From: Raja brachyura
Taxonomy: Eukaryota
Reading direction: 5' to 3'
Assembly: GCA_963514005.1 (NCBI GenBank)
Contig: OY740808.1
Span: forward strand, 17,856,001 to 17,920,000
DNA length: 64,000 bases
The notes under the pieces are model-generated. The model was not told the DNA's origin. It saw only the letters and a program-made list of their open reading frames with translations, and made no database searches. Within the stretch, counting starts at the first letter, position 1; each line of letters starts with the position of its first letter. This document shows, piece after piece, positions 62,311 through 64,000 of this stretch. A program made the position numbers and the translations under genes.

Positions 62311-63096
62311 GTAAGACAAAACTTCTACTTGATTGTTGCAGAGTTAAGTTCTCAGAAACATCGTTTCAAATTCAGTGCAGTGCATAAATGTTTTTAATTA
62401 AAAGTCTTATTTCCTAAGCAATGATTTGGCCTTCAAATTGTAATCTTGGCTGTGTTTTGGAAAATGCTTACTTGTTCATAGCAACAAATTCTAACCAACA
62501 GGGGAGACCATCTCCCAATAAACAACTTACATTTGAAAGAAAATCATTGATTTGAATTATTTTGTTGTCTTTGAGCAACTGACTTGCCAAGAAAGACGGG
62601 AATGGAGGATGCATGAATCAGCTGCTGGACATACTCTGTTACCTCCCACAGCTTCACCGATTGACTCTTGCAATTGCAACAGTCCCACTTACTCGGACTG
62701 AGTTCACACTTTGTCATTGCAGTTGCCACTTACTGTCATTTTAAGTGTCCTGACCAGCCACATGTAGCATATGCCCCGCTGATGACAATCCTCTACCTGT
62801 TGTGCATTGATATTGCTGTGTGATCACTAGTACCACCTGTGGTCTTTATTCTTGGGTCTTGTTTCTTCATATTGTATTTCATGGAGATGTTGTGCATTGC
62901 AATTGCATTGTGCATCATTTTTCTTTAGCTTTCTAAATTCATCTGTTGCAGTGAACCTCCTTTGATTTGGAAAATTGACCGCACCTAAATTAGAGTGGCT
63001 GCACAGACTTGCGAACTGAGCCAAGGCTTGTGCTCTGGTTTCAAGCATGATTATTGACAAGTGGACACAATAGATAAGTGGGTTATTTCTACACAG

Positions 63097-63247
63097 GAAG
63101 AATTGCAACAAAGCAGCAGCAAAGGTGATCCGTGGATTTTATCTGCGGCCTTACTTCCTTCCGGCAGTGGTGGAATTGGCAGAGTCCAACTGGTTGCTAA
63201 TGGCAGCACAAACAGAAAATGGTGGCACGGGGGACACATTTGTAAAG
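63097..63247 (+). CDS. Exon 5 of C6orf89/BRAP-like gene
   Basis: acacag/gtaata flanks, 151 nt, phase 2-0, (W)KNCNKAAAKVIRGFYLRPYFLPAVVELAESNWLLMAAQTENGGTGDTFVK. Confidence 0.88.
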
Positions 63248-63475
63248 GTAATAAAATGTGCTTGTGAATGATTGGTTCATAGTTTATGGTATTGTATGAG
63301 CGTTGACAGACCTGATACTCCCACAGTCTTGTACATCCTGTTTCAGTTGCTCAGATATTTCTGGGGCTTATTTAGAAGATGCAGAATGCCATTATCAACA
63401 AAATAAAACAATCTTAATTAATGTGGACTGGAGTAGCACTGGATTAAATGATGATCTGAATGATTTCCTTTGCAG

Positions 63476-63611
63476 GTGGGAGATCATGATGGGGACTTGC
63501 TGATGTGGATTGCCCAGCTACAAGGGGTTTTTGAGGTTCAGCTGTTGCCGAAAGACTTGTGTGCAAACAACTGTACTCACTACACCCTGCGGCTTTCACC
63601 TGGAGAAGCAG
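63476..63611 (+). CDS. Exon 6 of C6orf89/BRAP-like gene (gene continues beyond the window)
   Basis: tgcag/gtatg flanks, 136 nt, VGDHDGDLLMWIAQLQGVFEVQLLPKDLCANNCTHYTLRLSPGEA; parallels the QLIP..QC...C......EPGD motif recalled from human C6orf89. Confidence 0.85.
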
Positions 63612-64000
63612 GTATGCACATTTGTGCCAAAGGAAATCTAATATGTGTGTCCATGTGTGCAATTCAGACCTATTCAGAATGGCATATTGGTTTGTGCTGT
63701 TTACGCAATATGATGAGAAGCAACCAAAATCTGTAGCTGCTAGAAATATGGAATAAAAACTGAAAATATTGGGCATACTCATCAGATCAGCCAGCATCTG
63801 TAAAGAGAGAGAAGTAATTTACTCACTTTTCTTATTCAAGAGCTTTATTGTTATACTTAATTTAAAGGCGGATCATAATGTTAATGTTATCTTACAGGGC
63901 TTGAAGGAAATATTGGATGTGGCTATTTGCAGTTTGAAGAAGGGTCTCGACCCAAAATGTCACTTATCCTTCTTCTCCAAAGATGCTAGCTTGCCTGCTG

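Noticed and set aside
63898-63989. Possible last exon of the C6orf89-like gene (GLEGNIGCGYLQFEEGSRPK...stop)
   Set aside because: An acceptor exists and the frame is open, but most of it is a Penelope-end repeat and lacks family-like residues; the true exon is probably beyond the window.

Overview
Vertebrate genomic DNA, most likely a cartilaginous fish (inferred from the HE1-like V-SINE and the CR1, Rex1 and Penelope repeat content). The + strand carries the last nine coding exons of GRK3/ADRBK2 (524-34807: end of the kinase domain, AGC tail, PH domain, C-terminus NSNGL). It also carries six in-phase exons (52747-63611, about 335 codons, continuing past the window) of an uncharacterised type II membrane protein of the C6orf89/BRAP-like family, starting in a CpG island. 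Introns hold nested transposons: Tc1, an LTR-less Gypsy core, Penelope with hammerhead-like motifs, L1, Rex1, CR1, a Helitron, a Harbinger MITE and a SINE. The most notable signals are: (1) three small phase-0 exon candidates (12 nt, 33 nt, and a stop-containing terminal exon) in the intron that splits the GRK3 PH domain, which would give an alternative basic/hydrophobic C-terminus SFIT-DAWIIYKRRRL-LAA*; (2) the C6orf89-like paralog; (3) Tc1 ends enclosing a Gypsy gag-pol core; (4) ~90-bp hammerhead-derived insertions with target-site duplications. All calls come from reading the sequence; no database searches were run, and repeat boundaries without TSDs are approximate.
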